A DNA stretch of 32,000 nt from Nitrosospira multiformis ATCC 25196 (GTDB lineage: Bacteria > Pseudomonadota > Gammaproteobacteria > Burkholderiales > Nitrosomonadaceae), in NCBI RefSeq assembly GCF_000196355.1, contig NC_007614.1, positions 780,001 through 812,000 on the forward strand, read 5' to 3'. Made by a program: the position numbers and the translations under genes. Within the stretch, counting starts at the first letter, position 1. Each line of letters opens with the position of its first letter. Positions 1 to 12,800 of this stretch are shown here, piece after piece. The notes under the pieces were generated by a model that saw nothing but the letters and a program-made list of their open reading frames with translations, did no database searches and had not been told where the DNA came from.

Positions 1-1
1 G

Positions 2-658
2 GAGGAGCCGCGGGGTTTGGGGCATGCAATTTACTGCGCGCGACATCTCGTGGGCAACGAACCGTTCGCCGTACTGCTTCCGGACGATTTGATCGATGGA
101 GATCCTCCTGTGCTGGCACAGATGGTGTCCCAGTATGAACAAGTCCAAAGCAGCCTCATAGCGGTGCGCGAGGTTACGCGCGAACAGACGCGGCGGTATG
201 GAATTGTGGATGCTTTTGATGCAGAGGCAGAGAGCGATACGCTGAAAATCAGGGGGGTAGTGGAAAAACCTTCTCCTGACGCTGCGCCATCCACGATGGC
301 TATCGTAGGTCGTTACGTTCTGTCACCCGCCATTTTTGACTGCATCAGCAATCTCAACCCGGGAACAGGAGGGGAAATTCAGCTTACCGACGGAATCTCC
401 CGTCTTCTCAAGCTGGAATCTGTCCTGGCCTACCGTTACCAGGGGAAGCATTATGATTGCGGCAGCAAGGCGGGCTTCCTGGAGGCAACCATCGCCTATG
501 GTTTGCAGCACCCGGAAGTGGCGATGGAGTTCAGGGAAACCTTATTAAAGATAGGACAGGAACTTATTCGCCAGGAGCTCATTCAGGAGTTTCAACAGGA
601 TCCGGAACCTGTCGCCGCTGTTGCAAACGAGCCCATATTGAAGGCGGCTCAGGCATGA
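2..658 (+). CDS. galU: UTP--glucose-1-phosphate uridylyltransferase, 3' part (5' end outside window)
   Basis: Open frame from the window edge; EPRGLGHAIYCARHLVGNEPFAVLLPDDL...RYGIVD...VEKP...GRYVLSP.IFD...GEIQLTDGI...YDCGSKAGFLEA is characteristic of bacterial GalU. Confidence 0.93.
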   Translation, partial: EEPRGLGHAIYCARHLVGNEPFAVLLPDDLIDGDPPVLAQMVSQYEQVQSSLIAVREVTREQTRRYGIVDAFDAEAESDTLKIRGVVEKPSPDAAPSTMAIVGRYVLSPAIFDCISNLNPGTGGEIQLTDGISRLLKLESVLAYRYQGKHYDCGSKAGFLEATIAYGLQHPEVAMEFRETLLKIGQELIRQELIQEFQQDPEPVAAVANEPILKAAQA

Positions 659-869
659 TCGATTGCCTGAGAAAGTGCCAATTCTTCAAAGACTAACCTG
701 CCTGCCTTGCTCGCTCGACTCCATTTCGGGTCGTGCGCGCCATCTTGGAGATCAGGGAGGCTCATCACCTCCCGTATCTTCTTAAAGCACTTCTTTCAGT
801 TCCGCCTGCAGCCCTTCGTCTTTGCCAGCAAGAGGGAAATGAAGGGAAATGAGGAATGCTCTTTTCTTT

Positions 870-1739
870 TTATTTGGCCGGATCAGCTTTGGTCGCCATC
901 GTTTCCCCGAACCGTATGGTTCGGCCGGGGGCCCAGGCGGGATTAAACGCTATTTCGTTTTTCGGGAATAACATTACCACTGTTGATCCCAATTGGAATC
1001 TGCCCATCTCATCCCCTTTTTTGAGCACCAGATCCGCAGAGTCATATCGCCACTCCTGTACATCGCGCGCCCCTTCTGAATCCCGCGGGTTGACCACTCC
1101 ATGCCATACGGTGGCTACACTCCCGACAATAGTGGCGCCTACCAGCACTAAAGCAAATGGCCCGAATTCCGATTCAAATATGCAAATCACCCTCTCGTTG
1201 CGTGCAAACAACCCCGGGACGCCGCGGACCGTTTTCGCGTTCACGGAGAACAGATCTCCCGGAACATAGATCATTCGGCTCACGCGTGCATCTACGGGCA
1301 TGTGGACCCGGTGATAATCCCTCGGGCTCAGATACAGGGTGGCAAAGTTGCCCCCATAGAATTTTTCCGCCAGCCGGGTATCCCCTCCCAGCAGCGCGGC
1401 GGCGGAATAATTGTGTCCCTTGGCCTGAAATATCTGGTCGCCGGAAATGACGCCGAGCTGGCTTATGACGCCGTCGGCTGGACAAACATAATCGGCATCA
1501 GATATCGGACGGTTTTCCAGAAGCAGCGGACGGGTAAAAAACTCGTTGAAGGTTCGATAGCTGCGAATATCCGGGTTAATCGCTTCATTCATATTCACCC
1601 CGTAGCGCCAGACAAACCAACGGATAAGAAGCGTGGTGAGATTGCCGGCCTCAGCATTGGCAATACGTCCGGCCAGCAGTGTCAGCGCATGTTTAGGCAA
1701 TAAGTACTGAGGAAATACAGAAAGAGAAGCTGTCTGCAT
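870..1739 (-). CDS. psd: Phosphatidylserine decarboxylase proenzyme
   Basis: 289-aa ORF with [40 protein letters not shown] and the C-terminal LGST self-cleavage motif. Confidence 0.93.
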   Translation of the reverse strand: MQTASLSVFPQYLLPKHALTLLAGRIANAEAGNLTTLLIRWFVWRYGVNMNEAINPDIRSYRTFNEFFTRPLLLENRPISDADYVCPADGVISQLGVISGDQIFQAKGHNYSAAALLGGDTRLAEKFYGGNFATLYLSPRDYHRVHMPVDARVSRMIYVPGDLFSVNAKTVRGVPGLFARNERVICIFESEFGPFALVLVGATIVGSVATVWHGVVNPRDSEGARDVQEWRYDSADLVLKKGDEMGRFQLGSTVVMLFPKNEIAFNPAWAPGRTIRFGETMATKADPAK

Positions 1740-1868
1740 GGCAATTTTTGAGATAGAAATAGAGGCTATTATAGTGTATTAAGCGATCAATCTTCGTGAC
1801 CCGGGTTTACTCCAACTCGCGTCAACCAGATGTCATAATATCCATTCCCCCTGGGCGCGAACCTCCTA

Positions 1869-3689
1869 TTATAGCCTGTGTCCCAGGCCGCCGCTTACAA
1901 GTTGAAGTCTGGTTTGTTCTTCCTGTTGCTGCAGTTCCCACATATAAGTATAGGCTCCATTCATCGCCAGGAGTTCCCGGTGAGTACCGCGCTCAACGAT
2001 GCGGCCATGATCCATCACCAGAATTTGGTCGGAATCGACGATAGTGGATAAACGGTGAGCAATCGTCAGTGTGGTGCGATTGGCAGCGATACGACGCATC
2101 TCCCCCTGAATGCTTTTTTCCGACTTTGAATCCAGGGCAGAGGTGGCCTCATCAAAGATAAGGATTCCGGGATTTTTCAAGATCGCGCGAGCTATCGCTA
2201 CCCGCTGTTTTTCGCCTCCCGAAAGTTTCAACCCTCTTTCCCCCACGACCGTCTGGTACTTGTCCGGCAGGCTCTCAATGAAATCATGAAGATGAGCGGA
2301 TCTTGCGGCTTCAAATACCTCCTCCGGGCTCGCCTCAGGGTTGCCGTAGGAAATATTGTAATAAATGGTATCGTTGAACAGGACGCTGTCTTGTGGAACG
2401 ATGCCGATCGCGGCTCGCAGGCTGCTCTGGGAAACATCCCTGATATCCTGTCCGTTTACCAGGATGCGTCCGCTGCTGACATCGTAAAAGCGAAAGAGTA
2501 ACCGTGCGAGGGTAGATTTGCCAGATCCGCTATGGCCCACCACTGCAACGCTGGAGCCGGCGGGAATGTCGAAGCTGACATCAAACAGAATCTGACGGTT
2601 CGGTTCGTAACTGAAATTTACCGCTTCGAAGCGTACGGGGGCGTTTCCGGCAATAAGGGTTGCTGCACCCGGTTTATCCTGGATCTCTTCATTCTCTGCC
2701 AGTAGATTGAACATTTTTTCCATATCCGCCAGAGAATGCTTGATCTCCCGGTAAACGAATCCAAGAAAATGCAGCGGCATATAAAGTTGGAGCATGTAAG
2801 CATTGACGAGCACCAGATCGCCCAATGACATGGACCCCTGAATCACGCCGTCGGCGGCAAGCCACAACAGTGCAGTTATTCCTATTGCTATGATGGCGCT
2901 CTGCCCCGAGTTGAGTAAGGCCAGAGAAGTCTGGTTACGAACCGCCGCAATTTCCCATTTTTGCATGTGCTCATCGTAGCGCCGCGCTTCCCAGGACTCA
3001 TTGCCGAAATACTTGACTGTTTCGTAGTTCAGAAGGCTATCGATTGCCTGAGTGTTGGCTTTTGAATCCATGTCATTCATGGTTCTCCGAAAAATCATTC
3101 GCCATTCGGTCACGATGAGCGTGAGCGCAATGTAGGCTACCAGCGTGCCAAGGATGATCACGGAAAACCAGATGCTGTACCCGGAGATGAGGATGATGGC
3201 AACGAGACTGATTTCCAGCAGAGTCGGGAGGATATTGAACAGCATGAAATTGAGGAGAAATGAAATACCGCGGGTTCCCCGCTCAATATCCCGCGACATG
3301 CCTCCCGTCTGCCTTTGCAGATGAAAGCGCAGCGACAGCGCATGCAAATGGCTGAACACCCTGATTGCGACGCGGCGAATGGCGCGCTGCGTCACCTTGG
3401 CGAACACGGCATCACGCAGCTCTCCGAAGAGTGTGCTGCAGAAACGCAGGAGGCCATACGCTAACAGCAACAGAACCGGCAAGACCAGCAGGGCGCGGGG
3501 ACGGTCAAGCGCGTCGATAATTTCCTTCAGTACCAGCGGTATGGCCACGCTGGCAAGCTTGGCCATGAACATCAATACCACTGCCGCCATTACCCTGCCT
3601 TTGAATTCCCATAAATAAGGCAGCAGCGTACGGACGGTCTTCCAGTCGTTCCGGTTGATGGGCGGCTTTTCCAGACGGGTAGGGCGCAT
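1869..3689 (-). CDS. ABC exporter, Atm1/HMT1-like fused permease-ATPase
   Basis: 606 aa; TM region with NYETVKYFGNE typical of Atm1-type exporters, Walker A GHSGSGKST, signature LSGGEKQR, Walker B ILIFDEATSALD. Confidence 0.88.
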   Translation of the reverse strand: MRPTRLEKPPINRNDWKTVRTLLPYLWEFKGRVMAAVVLMFMAKLASVAIPLVLKEIIDALDRPRALLVLPVLLLLAYGLLRFCSTLFGELRDAVFAKVTQRAIRRVAIRVFSHLHALSLRFHLQRQTGGMSRDIERGTRGISFLLNFMLFNILPTLLEISLVAIILISGYSIWFSVIILGTLVAYIALTLIVTEWRMIFRRTMNDMDSKANTQAIDSLLNYETVKYFGNESWEARRYDEHMQKWEIAAVRNQTSLALLNSGQSAIIAIGITALLWLAADGVIQGSMSLGDLVLVNAYMLQLYMPLHFLGFVYREIKHSLADMEKMFNLLAENEEIQDKPGAATLIAGNAPVRFEAVNFSYEPNRQILFDVSFDIPAGSSVAVVGHSGSGKSTLARLLFRFYDVSSGRILVNGQDIRDVSQSSLRAAIGIVPQDSVLFNDTIYYNISYGNPEASPEEVFEAARSAHLHDFIESLPDKYQTVVGERGLKLSGGEKQRVAIARAILKNPGILIFDEATSALDSKSEKSIQGEMRRIAANRTTLTIAHRLSTIVDSDQILVMDHGRIVERGTHRELLAMNGAYTYMWELQQQEEQTRLQLVSGGLGHRL

Positions 3690-4052
3690 CGTTGAATTCC
3701 AGATGATAAGGGTTCAGAAGGAGTATAACGCGCCCTTGGCTAGATATCGTCGAATCACGGGATAATGGCGGGGCGTTTTGAGAATGGATTTGCGCATCCT
3801 GCAAGCCAGAAGCCAAGCCTATATTTTTAAGGCATAAAGCATAATTCCGGCTCTCCACAGGCTTCTTTGGCACTGCCTAAGCTAAATTCCATCCCCTTGG
3901 CGGATGGCTAAAGCAATCCAAAAAAAAATGATGCTTTTTCTCATGAGAAGCTAATTAAATAACATTATCTGGCAATCTTATTGCAGGACTGACCATGCTT
4001 TGTCGTTAAGCAAGACAAAGGTTGATGCAACTACAACATAAGAGGTGAATTT

Positions 4053-5252
4053 TTGAGCGAATCCAAATCTGCAATTTCCATAGCTCTGGGACGCCCTCCT
4101 TATCAAAAGGAGTTTCACAACATAGAAGAACTCCAAAAATGGTTTGCAGATGAGCGCAATAAATTTGAGTGGATTCAAAAAGTCACATTTGCTGATGTCA
4201 CTCATGACCGTAATTATTTGGAGAAGCTATGGGGGAAAATAAATGGATGGCATGCTGCAATAAGCAAGCTTATAGCTGATTGGAAAAGCCATGCTCATGA
4301 TGAGAAAGAGCTGGAAAAAACAATTCAAGCTCACAAAAACTCATTATTGGGTGAACTTAAGGCAGAAGAAATACTCCTGTCGTCCTCATCGGAGATGGAG
4401 TTCATCTTCGGCTTGCGTCGTAGAAGATCAGATCTCGTGGCAGCTTATGCGTTGTGTTTCTTGATGGATTTGGATGTTCCTTCTACTAATGATGCAACGG
4501 AAGGCATGTTTTGGGTGCTGCGCTATCGGGAAGGAAGTACCGCAACAGTAGAATCACAAGCGCACGCGTTGGAAGCATTGGCGGCGAAATGGAATGCCAG
4601 TTTTCAGGAGCAGCGCAGTAAAAATCAGGAAGCTGCAGATAACCAGAACAATAGCCTAGCTACTTTAATCGGTGAAGTTAAATCGTTAAAGCGGGAAGCG
4701 AGCGTGCTACTGAATCAACAAAGTACCGATTATGAAAGCCATAAGAATCAGCTAGAAGTTGATCTGAAAAGTATCAAAACGGCCTTCAGCAGTGAACTCG
4801 GGCTGAAGGAACCGGTTAATTACTGGCAGGCTAAGCTAAGATATCATCGATGGGTCTTGTGCTGTATGGCTGTAGTTACCTTGTTCGTAGCTGGGGCAGC
4901 TATTTACTGCTTTATATGTGCGGCCTATCAATTTTCACACGCAGATATTGGACGAATTCCTCTTTTACATTTAAGTATCTTGTTTGCAATATCTACGGCA
5001 GGAATTTGGTTGACCCGGATTTGCAGCAAGATATTCATTTCAAATCTACACCTGCGAACAGATGCTCATGAACGTGTGACGATGTGTAAGACCTACTTGG
5101 CGCTGCTGGCTATAGATAAGGGGATCACGGAGACGGATCGACAATTGATGCTTCAGACGTTGTTTCGACCAAGTTCAACAGGTTTCATTAAGGAGGATGG
5201 ACCATCCGGAGTTTTTGAATTAGCGAAGATATGGGAGAGGAGGGGAGGCTAA
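4053..5252 (+). CDS. Uncharacterised protein: cytosolic/coiled-coil N-terminus, two TM segments, conserved-looking C-terminal tail
   Basis: 399-aa ORF; TM-like WVLCCMAVVTLFVAGAAIYCFICAAY and LLHLSILFAISTAGIWLTRI; charged/heptad-like region before the TMs; tail YLALLAIDKGITETDRQLMLQTLFRPSSTGFIKEDGPSG. Locally AT-richer than neighbours. Confidence 0.75.
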   Translation: MSESKSAISIALGRPPYQKEFHNIEELQKWFADERNKFEWIQKVTFADVTHDRNYLEKLWGKINGWHAAISKLIADWKSHAHDEKELEKTIQAHKNSLLGELKAEEILLSSSSEMEFIFGLRRRRSDLVAAYALCFLMDLDVPSTNDATEGMFWVLRYREGSTATVESQAHALEALAAKWNASFQEQRSKNQEAADNQNNSLATLIGEVKSLKREASVLLNQQSTDYESHKNQLEVDLKSIKTAFSSELGLKEPVNYWQAKLRYHRWVLCCMAVVTLFVAGAAIYCFICAAYQFSHADIGRIPLLHLSILFAISTAGIWLTRICSKIFISNLHLRTDAHERVTMCKTYLALLAIDKGITETDRQLMLQTLFRPSSTGFIKEDGPSGVFELAKIWERRGG

Positions 5253-5490
5253 TTCATCTTATTTGGTTTCTGTGAATCCATCTGGTCGCTGGATTGCTCA
5301 AACCCGCATATATTGTATGGCGGAGATACTGCAAAACACTTTTCGGCGCGCCTGATGGTTGATGGTATAACCCGGATTTCAGCACTGGTTGAGTAAATAC
5401 CCATGTTCATGGCGCTTCTATAATTCTCAAGGCCGGTTTGGTGAGATACCGGATCAGGTAGGAGCGGGTTCAGATAAGCGGATAAAAAAA

Positions 5491-5508
5491 GGCGCCCAAC
5501 CGGGCGCC
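5491..5508 (-). terminator. Rho-independent terminator of the cbbLSX transcript
   Basis: GGCGCCC-AACC-GGGCGCC; on the minus strand the stem is followed directly by a T7 run (A7 at 5484-5490 on the + strand). Confidence 0.85.
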
Positions 5509-5586
5509 CTGTTTGATCAATACTGCAATGATAAGTTGCTAAGCTTTTAATACCGGCTGAGTCATGGACGCGGTGTGGAAAGCGCT

Positions 5587-6564
5587 CTATACCGACTCCT
5601 CGGATAATTCCCGGCTTGCCCCCTCATCTCCATCCAGATCAACAGCACCTTCCACGAATACACGGCTTGCCCGGATATCCTCCGCTTCGATAGTGATCAG
5701 ATCGGTGCGTGACAGGTTTTTCTTTGCTCCCTCGAACAAACGGTTGGCTTGACGCAGCCTTGCGCGATCGAGGGCATTGCGTACGGAACGCGCATTGGCA
5801 AAATGCTCCATTTTCATCCTCAACCGGATGTATTCGCCAAAGGCCTTCTCCGCTTCTGCGCTGAGACGGTAATTCTGTGCCGCCAGCATAAGCTTGGCGA
5901 TAGCCACCAGCTCATCCGGAGAATAATCGGGAAAATCGATGTGGTGAGCTATCCGCGAGCGCATGCCAGGGTTGCTGCGGAAGAATTTGTCCATGCGGTC
6001 CTTGTAACCAGCAAGGATGACAACCAGATCATCCCGGTTGTTTTCCATCACCTGCAGCAGGATTTCGATCGACTCGGCGCCATAATCCCGTTCATTCTCG
6101 GGTTTGTAGAGGTAATAGGCTTCGTCGATGAACAGCACCCCCCCCATGGCCTTCTTTATCACTTCCTTGGTCTTGGGGGCGGTATGACCGATATATTGGC
6201 CCACCAGGTCATCGCGGGTCACGGAAACAAGGTGTCCTTCACGCACATACCCCAGGCGGTGCAATATCTCGGACATACGCTGGGCGACCGTGGTTTTCCC
6301 GGTGCCTGGATTGCCGGTGAAAGACATGTGCAGGCTGGGCGCGCCGGCGGTGAGATCCAGTTTCTTGCGGACGCGGTCCACGAGCAACAAGGCTGCAGTT
6401 TCGCGAATGCGGGTTTTTACCGGCTTCAAGCCAATCAGCTCACGGTCAAGCTTATCCAGCACTTCCTTGATATTGGAAGCCTGAAACTCGGCTTCCAGAT
6501 TAATGGAACTGGTATCGGAAGGGGGAGTTTCTTTCAGTTGTGTTGTCACGTTTGATCCACCCAA
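5587..6564 (-). CDS. cbbX: CbbX-type AAA+ RuBisCO activase
   Basis: [16 protein letters not shown] Walker [14 protein letters not shown] Walker [22 protein letters not shown]; located downstream of red-type cbbLS. The start codon is uncertain by a few codons. Confidence 0.93.
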   Translation of the reverse strand: MGGSNVTTQLKETPPSDTSSINLEAEFQASNIKEVLDKLDRELIGLKPVKTRIRETAALLLVDRVRKKLDLTAGAPSLHMSFTGNPGTGKTTVAQRMSEILHRLGYVREGHLVSVTRDDLVGQYIGHTAPKTKEVIKKAMGGVLFIDEAYYLYKPENERDYGAESIEILLQVMENNRDDLVVILAGYKDRMDKFFRSNPGMRSRIAHHIDFPDYSPDELVAIAKLMLAAQNYRLSAEAEKAFGEYIRLRMKMEHFANARSVRNALDRARLRQANRLFEGAKKNLSRTDLITIEAEDIRASRVFVEGAVDLDGDEGASRELSEESV

Positions 6565-6678
6565 AAGGAAATAAAATTTTAGACTCGTGCCTCGGTTATT
6601 GGTTTACCGGAAAACGGCCTTACATCGGGTTATGAGAGAAATCAGGATCAAGTAAGACAACAGGCCGTTAAAGCACCT

Positions 6679-6728
6679 GCTGCCTTTCCAAATTGGTTCT
6701 CCCCTCCCGGGAAGGAAGGGGAGGCAGC
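6679..6728 (-). promoter_or_regulatory. Intercistronic stem-loop immediately after cbbS
   Basis: Nested arms CTCCCCT (6699-6705)/AGGGGAG (6717-6723) and GCTGCCT (6679-6685)/AGGCAGC (6722-6728). The two pairings share 2 nt, so they compete or rearrange at the base. No U-run. Confidence 0.5.
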
Positions 6729-6730
6729 CA

Positions 6731-7165
6731 TCAGTACCGCTCTGCTTCCGGTTTTTCCGTTGCGTAGGAATGGACGGTATAGCGAATTTGCCGTCCATCC
6801 ACTTCCTGACGCACCAAGCCAAAACCAGGCTCGTTCTTCGGACGGTTGACGATGTAGGACATCGCCGGGCTTTCCACACCGCGCGATGAATCGAAAGCCG
6901 TAACACGAATGTAGTGGTTCGGATAGGTCTTGCGGCAATCGTTGATCTCCTGCAGGATACCCGCGGGGTCCTTCAGGTCGAACATCGGGTTGCCGAACAT
7001 TTCCCAATACGTGTTGCGGGGATGCGGATCATCGGTATATTCAATTCCGATAGCCCAGTTGTTCTTCAGCGCATATTTGATTTGCGCCGAAATCTGCTTA
7101 TCCGTCAGCGGGGGCAGAAAAGAAAATTGCCCTTGCGTGAGACGGTTTTGAAAATTGGTCATCAT
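6731..7165 (-). CDS. cbbS: RuBisCO small subunit (red-type)
   Basis: [51 protein letters not shown]...ECRK-like [25 protein letters not shown] with the extended C-terminal tail of red-type small subunits. Confidence 0.95.
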
Positions 7166-7188
7166 AATATGGTTTCTCCTTGATACGA

Positions 7189-8767
<1,579 letters not shown>

Positions 8768-8801
8768 ATATTTTCACTCTCCCATGAAACCATGAGGGAA
8801 T

Positions 8802-9737
8802 ATGCTGCATATCACACTGCGGCAGTTAAAAGTTTTTGAATCGGTTGCCCGCCATCTGAGTTTTTCCCGTGCAGCCGAGGAACTCCATCTTACCCAGCCG
8901 GCAGTTTCCATGCAGATCAAGCAACTGGAAGACACCGTGGAACTTCCGTTGTTCGAGCAGATGGGCAAAAAGATCTACCTGACCGATGCGGGGCGCGAAC
9001 TTTATCATTACAGTCGTGCCATCTCTCAGCAACTGTCAGACATGGAGCTGGCGCTCGATGAATTGAAAGGACTGGAACGAGGCAGGCTCAATATTTCGGT
9101 GGTCAGTACCGCCAACTATTTTGCCCCGCATCTGCTGGCCAAGTTCTGTCAGCGCTACCCGGACATTACCGTCAGCCTCAATGTTTCCAATCGCGAAACC
9201 GTCCTCAAGCAACTGTCCGACAACGTGATCGATCTTGCCATCATGGGACAGCCTCCGGAAGACCTGGATATTGCGGCCGAATCTTTCATGGAGAATCCTC
9301 TGGTCGTCATTGCGGCGCCGGACCATCCGTTGTGCAGGATGGAGAGGATCCCTGTGAAACGCCTGGAGCAGGAAACATTCCTGGTGCGGGAGCCGGGTTC
9401 CGGTACACGCGGCGCGATGGAGCGTTTTTTCGCATCGCACCATATTTCGCTCAGCAAGGGAATGGAAACGGACACCAGCGAGGCGATCAAACAGGCAGTC
9501 CAGGCAGGCATGGGTCTGGGCATCACCTCGCTGCACACGGTGGAGCTGGAACTGGAAACAAAACGGCTGAAGATTCTCGACGTCGAGGATTTTCCCATCA
9601 TGCGCTACTGGCATATCGTTCATCGAAAGCACAAGCGGCTCTCCAGTGTTGCCCAGGCATTCAAGGAATTTCTGCTGAAAGAGGCTCGCGGATTGATGCC
9701 GATGTCACACAAAAGAGCGGCTGAAGCCTGGCGATAG
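8802..9737 (+). CDS. cbbR: LysR-family transcriptional regulator CbbR
   Basis: MLHITLRQLKVFESVARHLSFSRAAEELHLTQPAVSMQIKQLE N-terminal HTH; divergent from cbbL. Confidence 0.92.
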   Translation: MLHITLRQLKVFESVARHLSFSRAAEELHLTQPAVSMQIKQLEDTVELPLFEQMGKKIYLTDAGRELYHYSRAISQQLSDMELALDELKGLERGRLNISVVSTANYFAPHLLAKFCQRYPDITVSLNVSNRETVLKQLSDNVIDLAIMGQPPEDLDIAAESFMENPLVVIAAPDHPLCRMERIPVKRLEQETFLVREPGSGTRGAMERFFASHHISLSKGMETDTSEAIKQAVQAGMGLGITSLHTVELELETKRLKILDVEDFPIMRYWHIVHRKHKRLSSVAQAFKEFLLKEARGLMPMSHKRAAEAWR

Positions 9738-9800
9738 CTTTCCCCCGCAGCCATTCCAGCATGGAATGCTGCCGGCAGGAATGTTATCTGTCCAGGATGT

Positions 9801-12800
9801 TTATTCGTCTTCGACGGTGGAAGGAGAATTATCCGGCGCCGCATGGGATGCTCGAACCTCTGGCTGTCCGCGCCGATGCGTCATTTTTCTTATTACTACG
9901 AAAAAGAGAGGTACGAAAAAGATGGCAAGAAAGGTCGCAGCCAGCATCCCCCCGAAAACACCCGTCCCGATGGAATTCCGGCTGGCGGCCCCTGCGCCGG
10001 AAGCGATCACCAGCGGAAACACCCCCAGGATAAAAGCCATGGAGGTCATGATAATGGGACGGAAACGTAGCCGGGCGGCCTCCATCGCCGCGTCGAGCAA
10101 AGGCTCCCCGTTCGCATAACGCTGATTGGCGAATTCCACGATCAGGATGGCGTTCTTCGCGGATAATCCGATCAATGTCACCAGCCCGATCTGGAAATAG
10201 ATGTCGTTGGTCAATTCGCGAACCCAGATAGCCAGTAATGCGCCTAAAATTCCGAACGGAATTGCAAGAATCACCGCGAGCGGAACTGACCAGCTTTCGT
10301 AAAGGGCGGCCAGCACCAGAAAGACCATGAGCAGGGCGAAGGCGAATACCAGAACCGATTTCCCTCCTGCCTGGCGCTCCTGAAAGGATATTCCACTCCA
10401 GTCGATCGTATAACCTTTTGGCGCCAATATCTCATCTGCGATCTGTTCCAGCGCATCGAGGGCCTGCCCCGAGCTGTAGCCGGAAGCGGCGCCGCCCAGC
10501 ACGAGTGCGGAATTGAATCCGTTGAAGTGGGTGACGGGATCAGGTCCGCTGGTGAATTCGGTGGTGATCACCGAATTCAGTGGAATCATGACGTGGCCCT
10601 TGTCGTTCCGCGCACGCACGTAAATTTTCTCGATATCCTCCGGCCTTGATCGGTACTGAGGCTGCGCTTCCGTCTGGACGCGATAGATACGACCATATTT
10701 CACGAAGTCGTTGATATACAGGTTGCCGAAATAAGCCTGCATGCTGTCGAAGACTTCGGAAATCGGCACGCCCAGCGCTTTGGCGCGTTCCCGGTCAACG
10801 CGGGCATAAAGCCGGGGGGCACTGACGCGAAAATTGGTGCTGGCAGCAGCGATAGCAGGATGTTCCACAGCCTTGGCGACGAATTTCTGCGTAATCTCGG
10901 CAAACTCTTTGAAATCGCCCCCGCTCGGATCCTGTACCTGCAGGGAAAAACCCCCGGTGGAACCCAGGCCTCTGATGGATGGGGCATTGAAGGCAAGAAT
11001 CAGTGCTTCCGGTATCTTTGCAAACTCCTGGAAGGCGGATGCGATAAGGCCGGTGACATGCTCCCCGGCACTCTTGCGCGTGTCCCAAGACTGCAGCGGA
11101 ACGAACATCGTCGCCTGATTCGCTCCCCGCGTGCCGAACACGAAGTTCTGGCCGGCCAGCGCATCCGTTGAGTGTACCGCGGGAATCGACAGGAAGTATT
11201 GCTCTACTTTGCTCAATACATCAATCGTGCGTTCCTTGGAGGCTCCGTCCGGCAACTGGACAACGGTAATGAAATAGCCCTGGTCTTCTTCCGGGAGAAA
11301 GCTGCCCGGGATCGTTCTGAACAAGCCAAGGAGGACGAATATCATCACGGCAAAAATACAGAGAGCGATCATGGATCGTTTCAATACCATTCCGACGCCA
11401 TTTGTATAGCGTGTCTGCATCCAGTCAAACGAGCGGTTGAACAGCTTCCAGTACTTTGCGGGCTCCCCATGCCCCGGCTTGAGAATAAGCGCACAGAGCG
11501 CGGGGCTCAGGGTAAGCGCCACAAAACCCGATATCGCGACGGACAGGGCAATGGTAATCGCAAACTGTTTGTACAATTCACCGGTGATTCCGCCCAGAAA
11601 AGCGACTGGAACAAACACCGCGCCCAGCACCAGGACGATGGCAATGACGGGGCCCGCCACTTCATCCATGGCCACCCTGGCCGCCTCCCTGGGCGGCAAC
11701 CCCTCCCGCATATGCCGCTCGACATTTTCCACCACCACGATCGCATCATCCACCACGATCCCGATGGCAAGCACCATGCCGAACAGGGTAAGGGTATTGA
11801 TTGAAAATCCAAGCGCTGCCATTCCGGCCAGGGTTCCGATCAGTGAAATAGGAACCGCGACCGCTGGAATGATCGTTGCCCTCCAGCTTTGCAGAAAAAC
11901 AAAAACGACCAGTATGACAAGAAGCGTTGCTTCGACCAGCGTCTTCAGGACTTCCTTGATGGAAACTTCGATGAATATGGTAGTGTCATAGGGTATGTCG
12001 TAGGAGACGCCGGCGGGGAAACTGCGCGCGAGCTTGTCCATTTCCTGGCGTACCCGGTGAACCGTATCGAGCGCGTTGGCGCCGGGGGCCAGAAAGGTCA
12101 GAAGAAAGGTGTTGGGCTTTCCGTTCCATCTCCCTTCCAGATCATACGATTGCGCACCCAGCTCCACTCTCGCTACATCCCGCAATCGCACCATGGAACC
12201 GTCGGGATACGCCCTTACGATCATATCCTCGAATTCCTTCACTTCGCTCATGCGGCCCTGGGTAATGACCGGGATGGTAAGCTCCGTTCCTTTCGGCGAA
12301 GGCTCCCGTCCTATCCTGCCGGCGGGAAAATCCCGGTTCTGCTCGCGGACCACCGCCGCGATATCGGTGGGAGTGAGGTCCAGTTGCGCCATGCGGACAG
12401 GATCCAGGATCAGCCGCATGGAGTAATTCTGGCTGCCGAAGATAATGGCATCTCCTACGCCCGGAAGACGCTTGACGTTATCGAGAACCCGCAGCAAGGC
12501 ATAATTCGAGAGGTAAATGGTATCGTGCCGCGGGTCGGAAGAACTCAGGGCAATGACCGCCAGAAGATCAGGCGACGTTTTTTTCACGGTTATACCCTGG
12601 CGCACGACTTCGTCCGGAAGTTGCGGTTCGGCTAGGCGCTGCCTGTTCTGCGTCTGGACCTGCGCGATATCCACGTCCGTTCCGATCTCGAACGTGAGCT
12701 TCATGGTCATGTGCCCGTCGTTCGAGCTAGTGGATTCGTAATAAAGAAGATTATCGATACCTGGAAGCTGGACCTCGATGGGGCGCGCGACAGATTCCGC

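Noticed and set aside
9747-9772. Stem-loop GCAGCCATTCCA-GCA-TGGAATGCTGC between convergent cbbR and RND2
   Set aside because: Good hairpin but no adjacent T-run on either strand, so I do not call it a terminator; its position between convergent genes makes it unremarkable.
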